Below are positions 46,010-55,147 of a stretch of 64,000 bases of DNA, in pieces. A model generated the notes under the pieces. The model was not told where the DNA came from and searched no databases. It saw only the letters and a program-made list of their open reading frames with translations. The stretch is from Escherichia phage BME3: sequence record PP239276.1, one strand, 5' to 3'. Every line of letters starts with the position of its first letter. Position 1 is the stretch's first letter. Made by a program: the position numbers and the translations under genes.

Positions 46010-46598
46010 GGAGAAAACCATGAGCGATTTATTCTACACAGGTGTTGGTAGCAGAGATATTACAGACGAAGAATGGGATACTATGGTAGCTGTTGCAAAA
46101 TGGTTATCTACATGGTTCATTTTACGATCTGGTAAAGCAGAAGGTGCAGATTCCGCATTTGAATGCGGGGTGTATGATAGTGGAAACAATACAAAGAAAG
46201 AAATATACATTCCTTGGCCTTCGTTTAAAGGTAATGAGATAGAGGGAGAGGTTATTGTTCTTGACAGACCAGATAGTGTAAACTATGCTCTAACCTTGCA
46301 ATATGCAAAAGAATTGCATCCAGCTTGGGACAGATTATCTCAAGGTGCTAAAAAATTACATCAAAGAAATATCCACCAAGTTCTTGGCAGAGATCTTGAG
46401 AATCCAAAACCATCTTGTTTTCTTTTAGCTTGTGCAAATACAGATAAAAATGGAGATCCTTTAGGTGGTACAAGAACAGCTTGGATGTTGGCTAAAAAGT
46501 TTAATGTTCCTTGTTTTAATATTCGAGGTAAAAGTAAAAAACAAATTTTCGAATTTATTAAACCTATTTTAGAGGAGAATGGTCTTGTCCAGAAATAA
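45903..46598 (+). CDS. DprA/SLOG-like Rossmann-fold protein
   Basis: AAGGAG RBS before internal Met near 46017 (MSDLFYTGVGSRDIT...LRSGKAEGADSAFE); GxGSR and SGxAxGxD resemble DprA/SMF/LOG family. Confidence 0.45.
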   Translation: MILVDLIILGKLEALGLRTLLLQLLIQLLLPILLVKEKTMSDLFYTGVGSRDITDEEWDTMVAVAKWLSTWFILRSGKAEGADSAFECGVYDSGNNTKKEIYIPWPSFKGNEIEGEVIVLDRPDSVNYALTLQYAKELHPAWDRLSQGAKKLHQRNIHQVLGRDLENPKPSCFLLACANTDKNGDPLGGTRTAWMLAKKFNVPCFNIRGKSKKQIFEFIKPILEENGLVQK

Positions 46599-47103
46599 TA
46601 TAAGCATCATTAAAGATAGCTTTATTGATGTAACAAACGATATTGTACCTACAATACAATATATAGTTGAGGCACAAGGTTTAAACTTTATACGTGATAA
46701 AGTTAAGATTGTTTTTCATAACACTCCAGGTTTTGTAACAGTGGGTTCAACAAAAACGCCGTGCTCTACAGATCTGATTACTTTAGACAAAAACTTAACA
46801 CAAGAAGAAGTAGAAATTCTTAACCTCTATTGGTTAGGTTTTAAAAGATACGAGGATACAGCTTTATCCAGAATGTCAACTATTTTAGCTAATATTCTGG
46901 TTCGGAAAATTTCTAAAATATGGGATGAAGAAAACCCAGATGAAATAGTTTTACACTTTGCTAAACCGGAAGACGGGGCATATGATATAGACACATCTGA
47001 AATGGCTTATGGGTTTATTATTTCTGGTAATGTATTACAGATGGAATCTTTATTGTATGTTGAGACAGTAAAACACAATAACAACTACGAGGAGGTTGTA
47101 TGA
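46579..47103 (+). CDS. hypothetical protein
   Basis: 174-aa ORF. Confidence 0.5.
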   Translation: MVLSRNNISIIKDSFIDVTNDIVPTIQYIVEAQGLNFIRDKVKIVFHNTPGFVTVGSTKTPCSTDLITLDKNLTQEEVEILNLYWLGFKRYEDTALSRMSTILANILVRKISKIWDEENPDEIVLHFAKPEDGAYDIDTSEMAYGFIISGNVLQMESLLYVETVKHNNNYEEVV

Positions 47104-47357
47104 AAGGTTTAGAGTTTAACTTTGTAGATGCGTGGGAAGGATGGGATGAACTAGGAGTAGGGGATTTATGTTTTTATGATGTTACCTTGAAGGAAGAATA
47201 CAAACATCTAGCTCCTAGTGAAGATTGCGATGTGATTCTATCTATTCTATTAAGTCAGTCTATAGTGCAATTTGATTTTCTAAAAGGTAGTGAGTGTATT
47301 GAAAGTAAAGCATTCCGTTTAGAAGTTTCTCTTGGTGAAGAAGTTCCTGTAGAATAA
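47100..47357 (+). CDS. hypothetical protein
   Basis: 85-aa ORF. Confidence 0.45.
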   Translation: MKGLEFNFVDAWEGWDELGVGDLCFYDVTLKEEYKHLAPSEDCDVILSILLSQSIVQFDFLKGSECIESKAFRLEVSLGEEVPVE

Positions 47358-47360
47358 TAT

Positions 47361-47384
47361 AAACCCGCTTCGGCGGGTTTTTTG
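47361..47384 (+). terminator. intrinsic terminator
   Basis: AAACCCGCTTCGGCGGGTTTTTTG. Confidence 0.6.
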
Positions 47385-47413
47385 TTGACAACACCAGTTT
47401 TTTCAAATAAACT
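47385..47413 (+). promoter_or_regulatory. sigma70-like promoter (TTGACA-N17-TAAACT)
   Basis: Perfect -35 TTGACA directly after the terminator, 17-nt spacer, -10 TAAACT; upstream of the 47443 ORF. Confidence 0.45.
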
Positions 47414-47442
47414 ACAGAAAAACAGAAGAGGAGAAGATTAGC

Positions 47443-47856
47443 ATGTACTATAGCGACTATTTTGTAAACCCAACAAAAGAACAACTTCAATCAGCAGTGG
47501 ATAAGATGCAGATTGTAGTTAAAGAATGTGAGAAAATAAGAAAACAACTACAAGAGGAGACTGTTGTTGTTAATAAATGGTTTGGTCTTAGGAAGAAAGT
47601 TGTTAGCAAACACAATATCATCCTTGAAAAAGCAAAAACGACAGGAACTAGTTATGCCTTACAAGCCTTGTTACTAAATTACATTGATATAGAACAACAT
47701 TCTCTTCTGCACTGTTGGCTTAACAGCCCTGGTATTGAGGATCTCTTGTTCTGGTTATCGTGTGAATCTGTACTTTTAAATGAGAATGAGGCTTACCGTT
47801 TAAACTTCTGCCTCAAGGTAGAGTTACCAGCTAGTGTTAAGGAGAAGAAGCAATAA
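47443..47856 (+). CDS. hypothetical protein
   Basis: 137-aa ORF immediately upstream of the C5-methyltransferase gene. Confidence 0.5.
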   Translation: MYYSDYFVNPTKEQLQSAVDKMQIVVKECEKIRKQLQEETVVVNKWFGLRKKVVSKHNIILEKAKTTGTSYALQALLLNYIDIEQHSLLHCWLNSPGIEDLLFWLSCESVLLNENEAYRLNFCLKVELPASVKEKKQ

Positions 47857-48845
47857 TGAAAGTTTTAAGTCTTTTTGATGGTATGTCAGGAGGAATGCTT
47901 GCACTAAAAAGTGCAGGTATTGAAGTAGATACATATTATGCTTCAGAATTAGACAAATTTGCCATAGCTGAAAGCCAAGCAAATTTTCCAGATATTATTC
48001 AGTTAGGTGATGTTACAAAATGGAGAGAATGGGATATCCCGTGGGGAGAAATTGATCTTTTGTTAGGTGGTAGTCCGTGTCAAGGCTTCTCTTCTTCTGG
48101 TAAGGGTTTGAACTTTCAAGATCCGCGATCTAAACTGTTCTTTGAATATGTTGAAATTCTTGAACATATTAAAAAGTTTAACCCTAATGTTAAGTTCATG
48201 CTTGAGAACGTTAAGATGAAGGTGGAGTGGGAAAACGTGATCACAAGTTACTTAGGTGTTGATCCCGTATTCATTAACTCCGCAGATTTCACGGCACAGA
48301 ATAGACAACGTTTATACTGGTGCAACTGGGAAATAAAACCTTGGGAGATTACCAATGAAGTGTTGCAAGATATCATTGAAGATGATAGTATTGTAGACAG
48401 AGATAAGGCTTATTGCATAGATGCAAATTATGCCAAAGGTGGTAATATAGAACAGTATTTTGAAAAGAGTCGCAGACAACTTGTTTTTTATCCGGCAGCA
48501 ATATATGGGCGTAGAATTAATGAAAATGGCAAACGTAGTACATCTAAAACTGATCGTTTGGTACATTGTTTGGAAGTTCAGGACAGTGAAAAAACTCGTT
48601 GCCTCACAACTGTACCTAAAGACGTACTATTAGCCTACATTCCACCTGGAAGATATCTAGATGCCTTTGAAAAATTGAGTGAAGGCGTACATTATAGAAA
48701 ATTAACGGTTAGAGAGTGTTGCCGCTTGCAAGGTGTGCCAGATGACTACTTTAAGGTAAGTAGTAACACACAAGCATATAAGATGTTAGGTAACGGTTGG
48801 ACTATACCTGTCATTGCACATATTCTTAAATGTATGGAGGAATAG
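47856..48845 (+). CDS. DNA cytosine-5 methyltransferase
   Basis: 329 aa; motif I LSLFDGMSGG, motif IV GGSPCQGFS, motif VI ENV, C-terminal motifs; classic C5-MTase order. Confidence 0.85.
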   Translation: MKVLSLFDGMSGGMLALKSAGIEVDTYYASELDKFAIAESQANFPDIIQLGDVTKWREWDIPWGEIDLLLGGSPCQGFSSSGKGLNFQDPRSKLFFEYVEILEHIKKFNPNVKFMLENVKMKVEWENVITSYLGVDPVFINSADFTAQNRQRLYWCNWEIKPWEITNEVLQDIIEDDSIVDRDKAYCIDANYAKGGNIEQYFEKSRRQLVFYPAAIYGRRINENGKRSTSKTDRLVHCLEVQDSEKTRCLTTVPKDVLLAYIPPGRYLDAFEKLSEGVHYRKLTVRECCRLQGVPDDYFKVSSNTQAYKMLGNGWTIPVIAHILKCMEE

Positions 48846-48968
48846 TGGAAACATTGTGGAAAGGCTGGAAGACTGCTCTGATAGCTTTTATAATTCCATT
48901 AACTTTTCTTGGTTGGTGTTTTTGGGAATTTATCTTTTGGTTAATTTCCCATATACATTGGGGGTAAT

Positions 48969-49577
48969 ATGACTCAAAAAGTTGCATATCAAGTAGATCG
49001 TGAAGATGGTGAAGGTAGTGTTGTAGTTTTTGATACACATGGTCTTGCAGCAAGACGCAAAGGTGCTTGTCTACTGGACATTGGTGGTGAAGATGAATAC
49101 TGCACTGTACGTAGAGTAAAAGAATTTGATCAATATGCTGAAAAAGGTTTTGTACCCGTGAAAGCACTATTAGAAGCTGGATGGTGGATACCTAGTGCAC
49201 ATGATTATGATATTTTGGAAGATACAGATGAATTCAACAGCGAGGATTTTGTTTTTTCTCTGGATGAAAAATGCGTTTGGAAAAACTGGGATGAAATGGA
49301 ACGCCATGCTTATTTTATAAACGAAGCATTAGATCGTAAAACTTGGTTTGAAAATACAGTTAAAGCAGCGTATCCTCAATTTACTTTTACACAGTTTTGG
49401 GGTGGCCCACATCATATTACTCATACAGCATATTTCGAGTTCCCAGGCTCACGTTATAAAGGTACTGTTTATTGGGATTGGGACGAGGACAAAGAACCTT
49501 CTGCTCAAGATTTCCGTTGCTATGTTTGTCAAGGTGATCAAGAAGCCCTTGACAAGTACCTTAAAAGTCTGGTATAA
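48969..49577 (+). CDS. hypothetical protein
   Basis: 202-aa ORF. Confidence 0.5.
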   Translation: MTQKVAYQVDREDGEGSVVVFDTHGLAARRKGACLLDIGGEDEYCTVRRVKEFDQYAEKGFVPVKALLEAGWWIPSAHDYDILEDTDEFNSEDFVFSLDEKCVWKNWDEMERHAYFINEALDRKTWFENTVKAAYPQFTFTQFWGGPHHITHTAYFEFPGSRYKGTVYWDWDEDKEPSAQDFRCYVCQGDQEALDKYLKSLV

Positions 49578-49578
49578 T
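49549..49578 (+). promoter_or_regulatory. sigma70-like promoter (TTGACA-N18-TATAAT)
   Basis: Perfect -35 and -10 hexamers embedded in the 3' end of ORF 48969..49577. Confidence 0.45.
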
Positions 49579-49595
49579 CTGTAAAACTTAACCAA

Positions 49596-49618
49596 AGCCC
49601 CAATCAGGGGCTTTATTT
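49596..49618 (+). terminator. hairpin terminator/attenuator
   Basis: AGCCCC-AATCA-GGGGCT followed by TTATTTAT, ~20 nt downstream of the promoter -10. Confidence 0.5.
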
Positions 49619-49631
49619 ATGTGGAGGATAT

Positions 49632-50165
49632 ATGGGTTTTGATGATATGTTATTATATGAGGAGGCTTGTGTGAAAGAAGCTATGGCTTTACCAGTTTTA
49701 TCTATTGATATTACAACAGTAGACACTTTTTCAGATTGTGAAACGTGTGGATCGTATTCGTCTATTGTACATGAAGTCAGTGGTGATTTAGGCACTTACG
49801 AAGATGGAGATTATGCAAGTTGTTTAGGTGATAATCTAGATGGTGAAGTGGTGAATGTTGCAAACTGGATTGCTTCTAAGTTAAAAGAAAGAAATCGTCC
49901 GTTCCCTAATCTTCTTACACCAGAAGCTATGCTTAAAGCTGAACAAGAGATGTATGATTATGGTTATAAAGTAGATTATGACTATAATGATCCTAAATAT
50001 AAAAAATTGAGTGACAAGTATTGGGAACTAGCTAACGCTTATGATAAATACTACTCTACAGAAAACATTGTTAAATTGTTTTTAGATTTTGGAGTAGAAA
50101 TTAATTGGGATTTCGAAGAGGAAGAGCGTTACGACGCATCTTCTTGGGAGGACGAGGGTGAATGA
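49632..50165 (+). CDS. hypothetical acidic protein
   Basis: 177-aa ORF with GGAGG RBS. Confidence 0.5.
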   Translation: MGFDDMLLYEEACVKEAMALPVLSIDITTVDTFSDCETCGSYSSIVHEVSGDLGTYEDGDYASCLGDNLDGEVVNVANWIASKLKERNRPFPNLLTPEAMLKAEQEMYDYGYKVDYDYNDPKYKKLSDKYWELANAYDKYYSTENIVKLFLDFGVEINWDFEEEERYDASSWEDEGE

Positions 50166-50902
50166 TAGAACGAAAACCCTTACCAGATAGAGATTACTTG
50201 TTATCAAGGTTTAGTGTGGAGAATGGTCGTCTTGTTTGGAAACCTAAACCTTCTACAACAAAAGAGAACAAAAGGTGGAATAGCAGATACGCAGGGAAGA
50301 TTGCAGGGACTATTGATAAAGTTGGTTACTCTCATGTCAAAATAGATGGTATTGTATACTTGGAGCACAGAATTTGTTTTAAAATGTATCATAATTACTG
50401 TCCAGATGTTATAGACCATGACGACGGCAATAAACTTAATAATGCGGAAAGTAATTTGTTGGATAGTAACTATTTATTAAATAATAACAATAGACACGTG
50501 GATGGGTTAGAAGGTATTTATGAAAAGGATGGTGTTTTTCTTTGGGTTATAAACTACAACCAAGAAACTTTCTCTGTTTCAGGTTTCAAAACTAAAGAGG
50601 AAGCTATTGTAGCTAGAGCTTTAGCAAAACAAGAAATTTTGAAAGGATCTTATATCAAAAAAGAAAAGAAGCGTATAGATAACACTTCAGGATTAAGCTG
50701 TGTGTTTGTGGCGACAAGAGAGAGAACATTCTTTTTCAAGTTTGTGTTTGACAAGACCACGTATTGCAAATATGGTTTCAACGATCCAGAGAGATGTGCT
50801 ATAGCTCTGGAGAAGCTAAGATTAAAGGTGATGAAAGAAAAATATAAACCTGCAAATAAAAGCATTTGCGAAAAATATAAGGAGGAGATTTATGCCGCGT
50901 AG
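50162..50902 (+). CDS. HNH homing endonuclease (HNH plus AP2-like DNA-binding region)
   Basis: 246 aa; HVKIDGIVYLEHRICF...IDHDDGNKLNNAESNL HNH core; C-terminal basic region. Confidence 0.6.
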   Translation: MIERKPLPDRDYLLSRFSVENGRLVWKPKPSTTKENKRWNSRYAGKIAGTIDKVGYSHVKIDGIVYLEHRICFKMYHNYCPDVIDHDDGNKLNNAESNLLDSNYLLNNNNRHVDGLEGIYEKDGVFLWVINYNQETFSVSGFKTKEEAIVARALAKQEILKGSYIKKEKKRIDNTSGLSCVFVATRERTFFFKFVFDKTTYCKYGFNDPERCAIALEKLRLKVMKEKYKPANKSICEKYKEEIYAA

Positions 50903-51707
50903 AGTCATATTCATAACTGGCGCAGGACTATCTGTGGATAGCGGTATCCCAGCTTTTAGAACAGATACTTCTTCAGGGGAGGCGTTATGGTCTTCTTATG
51001 ATCTTTCTGAGGTCTGTAATATTTTCAACTTCCGTGACGGTTATCAGCAAGAACAAGGTGTTCTTGATGCTATGGGTGGTTTAGATGCGGAAGGATATAA
51101 CCTCTACCGTAAAACTCACGACTTTTACAATAAACGTCGCGTGGAATTAGAGAAAGTTGACCCGAATCCAGCACATCTTCAGATTGGAGAATGGTTCAAA
51201 AAATATGGCCCAGAACGAATTATTAACATTACTACTAACGTAGATGACCTCCTTGAACGAGCAGGAGTAGATAGGGAAGAAGTGCTACATGTGCACGGTT
51301 TTCTTCCTGAAATTACTTTTCAAAGAAAAGCTGGACAACCTACAATTGTAAAAGATGTTGGTTATCAAGCCATAGATGTAGATGACTACCATTATGTAAA
51401 ACCTAATGTAATTTTCTTTGGGGAAGCTGCTCCACTTTACACAGATATGTATCATATTTTTGATACACTGACGGCTCAAGATTTGGTTGTAGTAGTAGGA
51501 TGTTCAAACCAAGTTATCAATTTTAATTGGGAATTATTCCCTGCACTTAATATGGGTACAAAAATGATCGTTGTTAACCCAGGAATTAATTACGAAGAAA
51601 CTCTTCTTTACGAAGATAGAGGAGTCTTTGTTTATAGAGAAAAGGCAGCAGATGCTTTTAGCAATCCTGCTTTCATAAAAATGATAGAAGATCATTTGAC
51701 TAAATAA
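50892..51707 (+). CDS. Sir2-family (sirtuin-like) protein lacking zinc-binding module
   Basis: 271 aa; ITGAGLSVDSGIPAFR, TTNVDDLLERAG, HVHG, FFGE, VVVGCS sirtuin core motifs; no CxxC...CxxC zinc module. Confidence 0.7.
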   Translation: MPRRVIFITGAGLSVDSGIPAFRTDTSSGEALWSSYDLSEVCNIFNFRDGYQQEQGVLDAMGGLDAEGYNLYRKTHDFYNKRRVELEKVDPNPAHLQIGEWFKKYGPERIINITTNVDDLLERAGVDREEVLHVHGFLPEITFQRKAGQPTIVKDVGYQAIDVDDYHYVKPNVIFFGEAAPLYTDMYHIFDTLTAQDLVVVVGCSNQVINFNWELFPALNMGTKMIVVNPGINYEETLLYEDRGVFVYREKAADAFSNPAFIKMIEDHLTK

Positions 51708-51715
51708 CTTAACCA

Positions 51716-51735
51716 AGGGGGCGAAAGCCCCTTTT
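51716..51735 (+). terminator. intrinsic terminator
   Basis: GGGGGCGAAAGCCCC hairpin plus TTTTCTT. Confidence 0.6.
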
Positions 51736-51751
51736 CTTATAGGAGAATATT

Positions 51752-52009
51752 ATGACCACAGAACAAATCGTTAAAGACCATTTTATGATGCACTACGTTT
51801 ATTACTTCAATAACAATCAACAGAAAGGTGAGGGATTTTGTTATCTATCCGCACAACAAGGTTTTGGTATCCGTCAAGCAGATATTAACGGGGCAGTGGC
51901 TGGGATTACAAAAGGCTTGGTTGAAAACCTTAAAGACAATGTTGTTGTTGTCCCAACGTGCATCTCTTATCTCTCAACCTGCCCTGAAGAAGATTTTATG
52001 CATTCCTAA
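51752..52009 (+). CDS. hypothetical protein
   Basis: 85-aa ORF, last gene of the plus-strand block. Confidence 0.45.
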   Translation: MTTEQIVKDHFMMHYVYYFNNNQQKGEGFCYLSAQQGFGIRQADINGAVAGITKGLVENLKDNVVVVPTCISYLSTCPEEDFMHS

Positions 52010-52078
52010 AACCTCCTGTAACGCATTCTAACGCACTTTTTATTTTAGTAATACGTTTCCCTATCTAATGCAAACAAA

Positions 52079-52111
52079 AGCCCCTAGAATCGCTTCTAGG
52101 GGCTTTATTTT
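52079..52111. terminator. bidirectional intrinsic terminator at convergence point
   Basis: AGCCCCTAGAA-TCGC-TTCTAGGGGCT hairpin flanked by A-run and T-run, between converging plus and minus blocks. Confidence 0.6.
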
Positions 52112-52184
52112 AGTCTTCTGTAAAATATCCTATGACAACAATGATAAAGATGATTAACACTACAATACTCTCTAGTAAATTCAT

Positions 52185-52406
52185 CTATAGATCTCGTTCA
52201 TATAGTTCAATTATCAATTCATCCTCTGCTGTTATTGTACCAATTTGCCAAGTGTGAAGATAAACCTCAGTATAAGAGTGTATCTTACTATCTAACAAGC
52301 ACAACCACGTATTGTTGCTTACCTTTTCTTGAATATGAACCTTAACCACGAAAGGGTGAGGGTTATCTACTAAGAAACCAATACTACCTTCTACAACTAC
52401 AGACAT
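52185..52406 (-). CDS. hypothetical protein
   Basis: 73-aa ORF; last gene of the minus-strand small-gene block. Confidence 0.45.
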   Translation of the reverse strand: MSVVVEGSIGFLVDNPHPFVVKVHIQEKVSNNTWLCLLDSKIHSYTEVYLHTWQIGTITAEDELIIELYERDL

Positions 52407-52466
52407 AATACCTCCTATTGTTTATGTTAGAAGTGTTTATAACAGATAAAGAGCATATATACAAGA

Positions 52467-52487
52467 AAACCCGCCGAAGCGGGTTTA
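52467..52487 (-). terminator. intrinsic terminator
   Basis: AAACCCGCTTCGGCGGGTTT hairpin with T-run on minus strand, directly after ORF 52491..52814. Confidence 0.45.
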
Positions 52488-52490
52488 GTG

Positions 52491-52814
52491 TTATACAATG
52501 TGTTTTGTTTTAACGTGCGAAGATTTAAAAATCTTATTATGTAATGCAATACAGTTATCACGGAACACGTAGTAGTTAACAACATCTGGTTTATCAACAC
52601 AGAGTGTAGCCACGACTTTAATAGGTATAGATACATTCTCACGAAGAGTAACACTACCTTTCAAACGTTCAGATGAAATGTGAATCAAACCTTCTTTTTC
52701 ATCAATGATAACTTCTTTAACATTTTTGAAATTATAACAAGAGTTGTCAACATAAGATACCCTTGCTTTTGTTTGCTTCTGTTTAGGACGAGAACCAGTG
52801 TTTATTTTTTGCAT
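52491..52814 (-). CDS. hypothetical basic protein
   Basis: 107-aa ORF; K/R-rich N-terminus. Confidence 0.5.
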   Translation of the reverse strand: MQKINTGSRPKQKQTKARVSYVDNSCYNFKNVKEVIIDEKEGLIHISSERLKGSVTLRENVSIPIKVVATLCVDKPDVVNYYVFRDNCIALHNKIFKSSHVKTKHIV

Positions 52815-52822
52815 AGTTTTCC

Positions 52823-53110
52823 TTATTTGCTTTCACGAGCAAAATAATAATTTTCATATTCATTACGTGTAACGATTTCTGGATGATCAGGTTCACCGTA
52901 ACTAAGTTTAACTTCAGGATACACTTTGGTGTTGAATAGACACGTAACACCTCTCATATAATATCCTGTAGGACTTAAAACAACATCATCTTCACTTACA
53001 CTTGAGAATTTTATTTCACCATTAGTATCTTTGACGACAATAAGAGCATGTTCAGGCCAATCAAGATTCTCTTCTTTTAGTTTTTCATAAACTTCTTGTA
53101 CTAGTTCCAT
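52823..53110 (-). CDS. hypothetical protein
   Basis: 95-aa ORF with RBS. Confidence 0.5.
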   Translation of the reverse strand: MELVQEVYEKLKEENLDWPEHALIVVKDTNGEIKFSSVSEDDVVLSPTGYYMRGVTCLFNTKVYPEVKLSYGEPDHPEIVTRNEYENYYFARESK

Positions 53111-53120
53111 ATTGCCTCCT

Positions 53121-53294
53121 CAGATTACAAATTTTTCTTCTTCTGGTTTCTCGTAGTTGGGAGAATAAACGTGGGATGGATTAAAACCTTTAAAGCTACC
53201 TCGCCCTTTTCGTGGACAATTGAATGTTTTAGCTTTGTGATCACCAAAAGATTTACCACAATGTACACATTTATAATTGGTATCTTTGAACATT
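53121..53294 (-). CDS. small zinc-finger protein (57 aa, below ORF-track cutoff)
   Basis: Hand-translated MFKDTNYKCVHCGKSFGDHKAKTFNCPRKGRGSFKGF... with AAAGGAGAG RBS; preferred over the overlapping track ORF 53125..53322. Confidence 0.4.
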
Positions 53295-53449
53295 TTACTC
53301 TCCTTTGAAAGATAGGCTGCACAGCAGTACAGCCTTTTTAAAAATTAGTGTTTAAATTTTTCGATTACTTCGTCAACTTTAGCGATGATAACATCTTGGT
53401 ACTTGTGACCAAAATAACCAACAACAACACCAACAATAAACGTCATCAT

Positions 53450-54094
53450 TTACTTCTCCTTTTTAACTATAATGGCTTCTTCATTCAGAGTAAACAGCAA
53501 GGAAGATGTATCACCAACACACCTTGCACCTGGAATGAGTTCTAAAATTTTAGAGGATATAGCAATAGTAGTGTCATCCAGTACGTATTCTCCAGGTAAC
53601 AATCTTAATGTTATTGGAAAATCTACAGATGCCAAACCAGAGAACATCCCATCATTCAGAAGAATAACTTCTAAACTGCTATCTTCTTGTTGTGCATTAT
53701 GCACTTTTTCAGGTAAGAAGTCAATACATTGATTTAAAATTTCTACATCTAATTCTACACCAGTCCTAGCCTTATAAACTCTAGCCAAATCTATGATCCG
53801 AGAATCAATGCTGGCGTAAGGAGATTCCAAGTGTTTTGGGTCAATAGGAGCAACGCGCAATTTACCATCGAGAGATATCCACGTTACAATCCACATTTCA
53901 CCAACCCCAGGTTGATCTCGTGCAGTAAGGAATTCTACTAATGCTCCAGGATTAGGCATTATGTAATCTTGTGTGATCAACATGTTCTTTACTCGCAAAA
54001 GCATTCCTGGCTTTAGTAAGCCCTTCTCACCACTCCAATATTCTTTCATTTTTACTCCTGCTTTAATGTCGTAGTTCACTAAACTTACAAACAA
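53450..54094 (-). CDS. hypothetical protein
   Basis: 214-aa track ORF; AGGAG RBS before internal MKEYWSGEKG suggests start near 54049. Confidence 0.5.
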   Translation of the reverse strand: MFVSLVNYDIKAGVKMKEYWSGEKGLLKPGMLLRVKNMLITQDYIMPNPGALVEFLTARDQPGVGEMWIVTWISLDGKLRVAPIDPKHLESPYASIDSRIIDLARVYKARTGVELDVEILNQCIDFLPEKVHNAQQEDSSLEVILLNDGMFSGLASVDFPITLRLLPGEYVLDDTTIAISSKILELIPGARCVGDTSSLLFTLNEEAIIVKKEK

Positions 54095-54335
54095 AGTGAA
54101 CGTTAAGAAAAGTTAGTTTTCGATCTGGTGTAAACTCTGTTACTGTTTTATACACCTGTGCAATACCGAACCTGTTGACAGCAGGTACTGACAATTGGCT
54201 TATACATTTCATAGCTGATAGTTTTGCCTCTTCTTCAGATGCAAAATAAGTAAACATACCTTCTTCGTCAACTATAATTTCTTGTGTAACACAATCTACA
54301 AAACAAAAGAAAACATTAGGTAATTTTTCCGACAT
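54063..54335 (-). CDS. hypothetical protein
   Basis: 90-aa ORF. Confidence 0.45.
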   Translation of the reverse strand: MSEKLPNVFFCFVDCVTQEIIVDEEGMFTYFASEEEAKLSAMKCISQLSVPAVNRFGIAQVYKTVTEFTPDRKLTFLNVHFVCKFSELRH

Positions 54336-54336
54336 A

Positions 54337-54549
54337 TTAGTTGTTCCTGTACTTAGAGAACAAAGTATTGACTAACCAGTCAGCAAACAGTAATCCAAGT
54401 GTACCAATACCGTAACCGATAAGCATAATGTAAGGCACTGCCTTATTTTCATTACCTGTCATTACTTCAGGAAAAATCAAAAACACAATACCGTTACCAA
54501 CGATAATCCAGAACATAAGAAACACAAACATACGAAGCAACATTGTCAT
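54337..54549 (-). CDS. small two-TM membrane protein (holin candidate)
   Basis: 70 aa; two hydrophobic helices (FVFLMFWIIVGNGIVFLIF; YIMLIGYGIGTLGLLFADWL) and charged C-terminus; not adjacent to endolysin. Confidence 0.4.
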   Translation of the reverse strand: MTMLLRMFVFLMFWIIVGNGIVFLIFPEVMTGNENKAVPYIMLIGYGIGTLGLLFADWLVNTLFSKYRNN

Positions 54550-54550
54550 A

Positions 54551-54733
54551 TTATTCTTCCTCCTTCACTTCTTCAACTTTACGAAGCATACGTTTATCAA
54601 ATGTAGCTTTCTGTAGTTGTTCATTAACATCAAACCACACCACTTCGCAAGTATCATAGGTAGATACCATTACAGTCATTAACATTTCTTCACTGGCAAG
54701 ACGTACAATATCACCTGTTTTAATATTTACCAT
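54551..54733 (-). CDS. hypothetical protein
   Basis: 60-aa ORF. Confidence 0.4.
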   Translation of the reverse strand: MVNIKTGDIVRLASEEMLMTVMVSTYDTCEVVWFDVNEQLQKATFDKRMLRKVEEVKEEE

Positions 54734-55137
54734 AACTCCTCCAGAAGTTTACCAAGTTTAGTTTTAAATTCATTATCCCACGCTATACGAACTATGTCAA
54801 GATCACCTTGTGCATTACGTTTTGTATCTAAGTAGTAACCACCATGCTCATAGCGGTGTTTTATATGTTCGATCAGACGTTCTTTACCACTCTTAGATAA
54901 ATAATCATCAAACTCCCCATTGAAAAGGTCTAAGATTGTTTGTCTATTATCTCCTAATTGAGTGATTCTAAAACTAATCAAACATCCCTGTAAACCTATG
55001 TCTGTTTGTTTAAGAGAAAACCCATGACCAAAGCCGCCTGTAACTATAACAAGCGGTTTTCCTGTGATAGAGCTTTTAATAACATCTTGCTTAGGTTCTG
55101 CCAAAGATGTTAGAAACTCTTTTAACCATTTGAACAT
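54727..55137 (-). CDS. hypothetical protein
   Basis: 136-aa ORF; PLVIVTGGFGHGF segment. Confidence 0.5.
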   Translation of the reverse strand: MFKWLKEFLTSLAEPKQDVIKSSITGKPLVIVTGGFGHGFSLKQTDIGLQGCLISFRITQLGDNRQTILDLFNGEFDDYLSKSGKERLIEHIKHRYEHGGYYLDTKRNAQGDLDIVRIAWDNEFKTKLGKLLEELW

Positions 55138-55147
55138 AAACCCTCCT

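Noticed and set aside
53125-53322. Track ORF of 65 aa on minus strand
   Set aside because: A different frame in the same interval gives a 57-aa zinc-finger-like protein with a strong AAAGGAGAG RBS (reported as 53121..53294); the track ORF lacks an RBS and has low-complexity hydrophobic composition.
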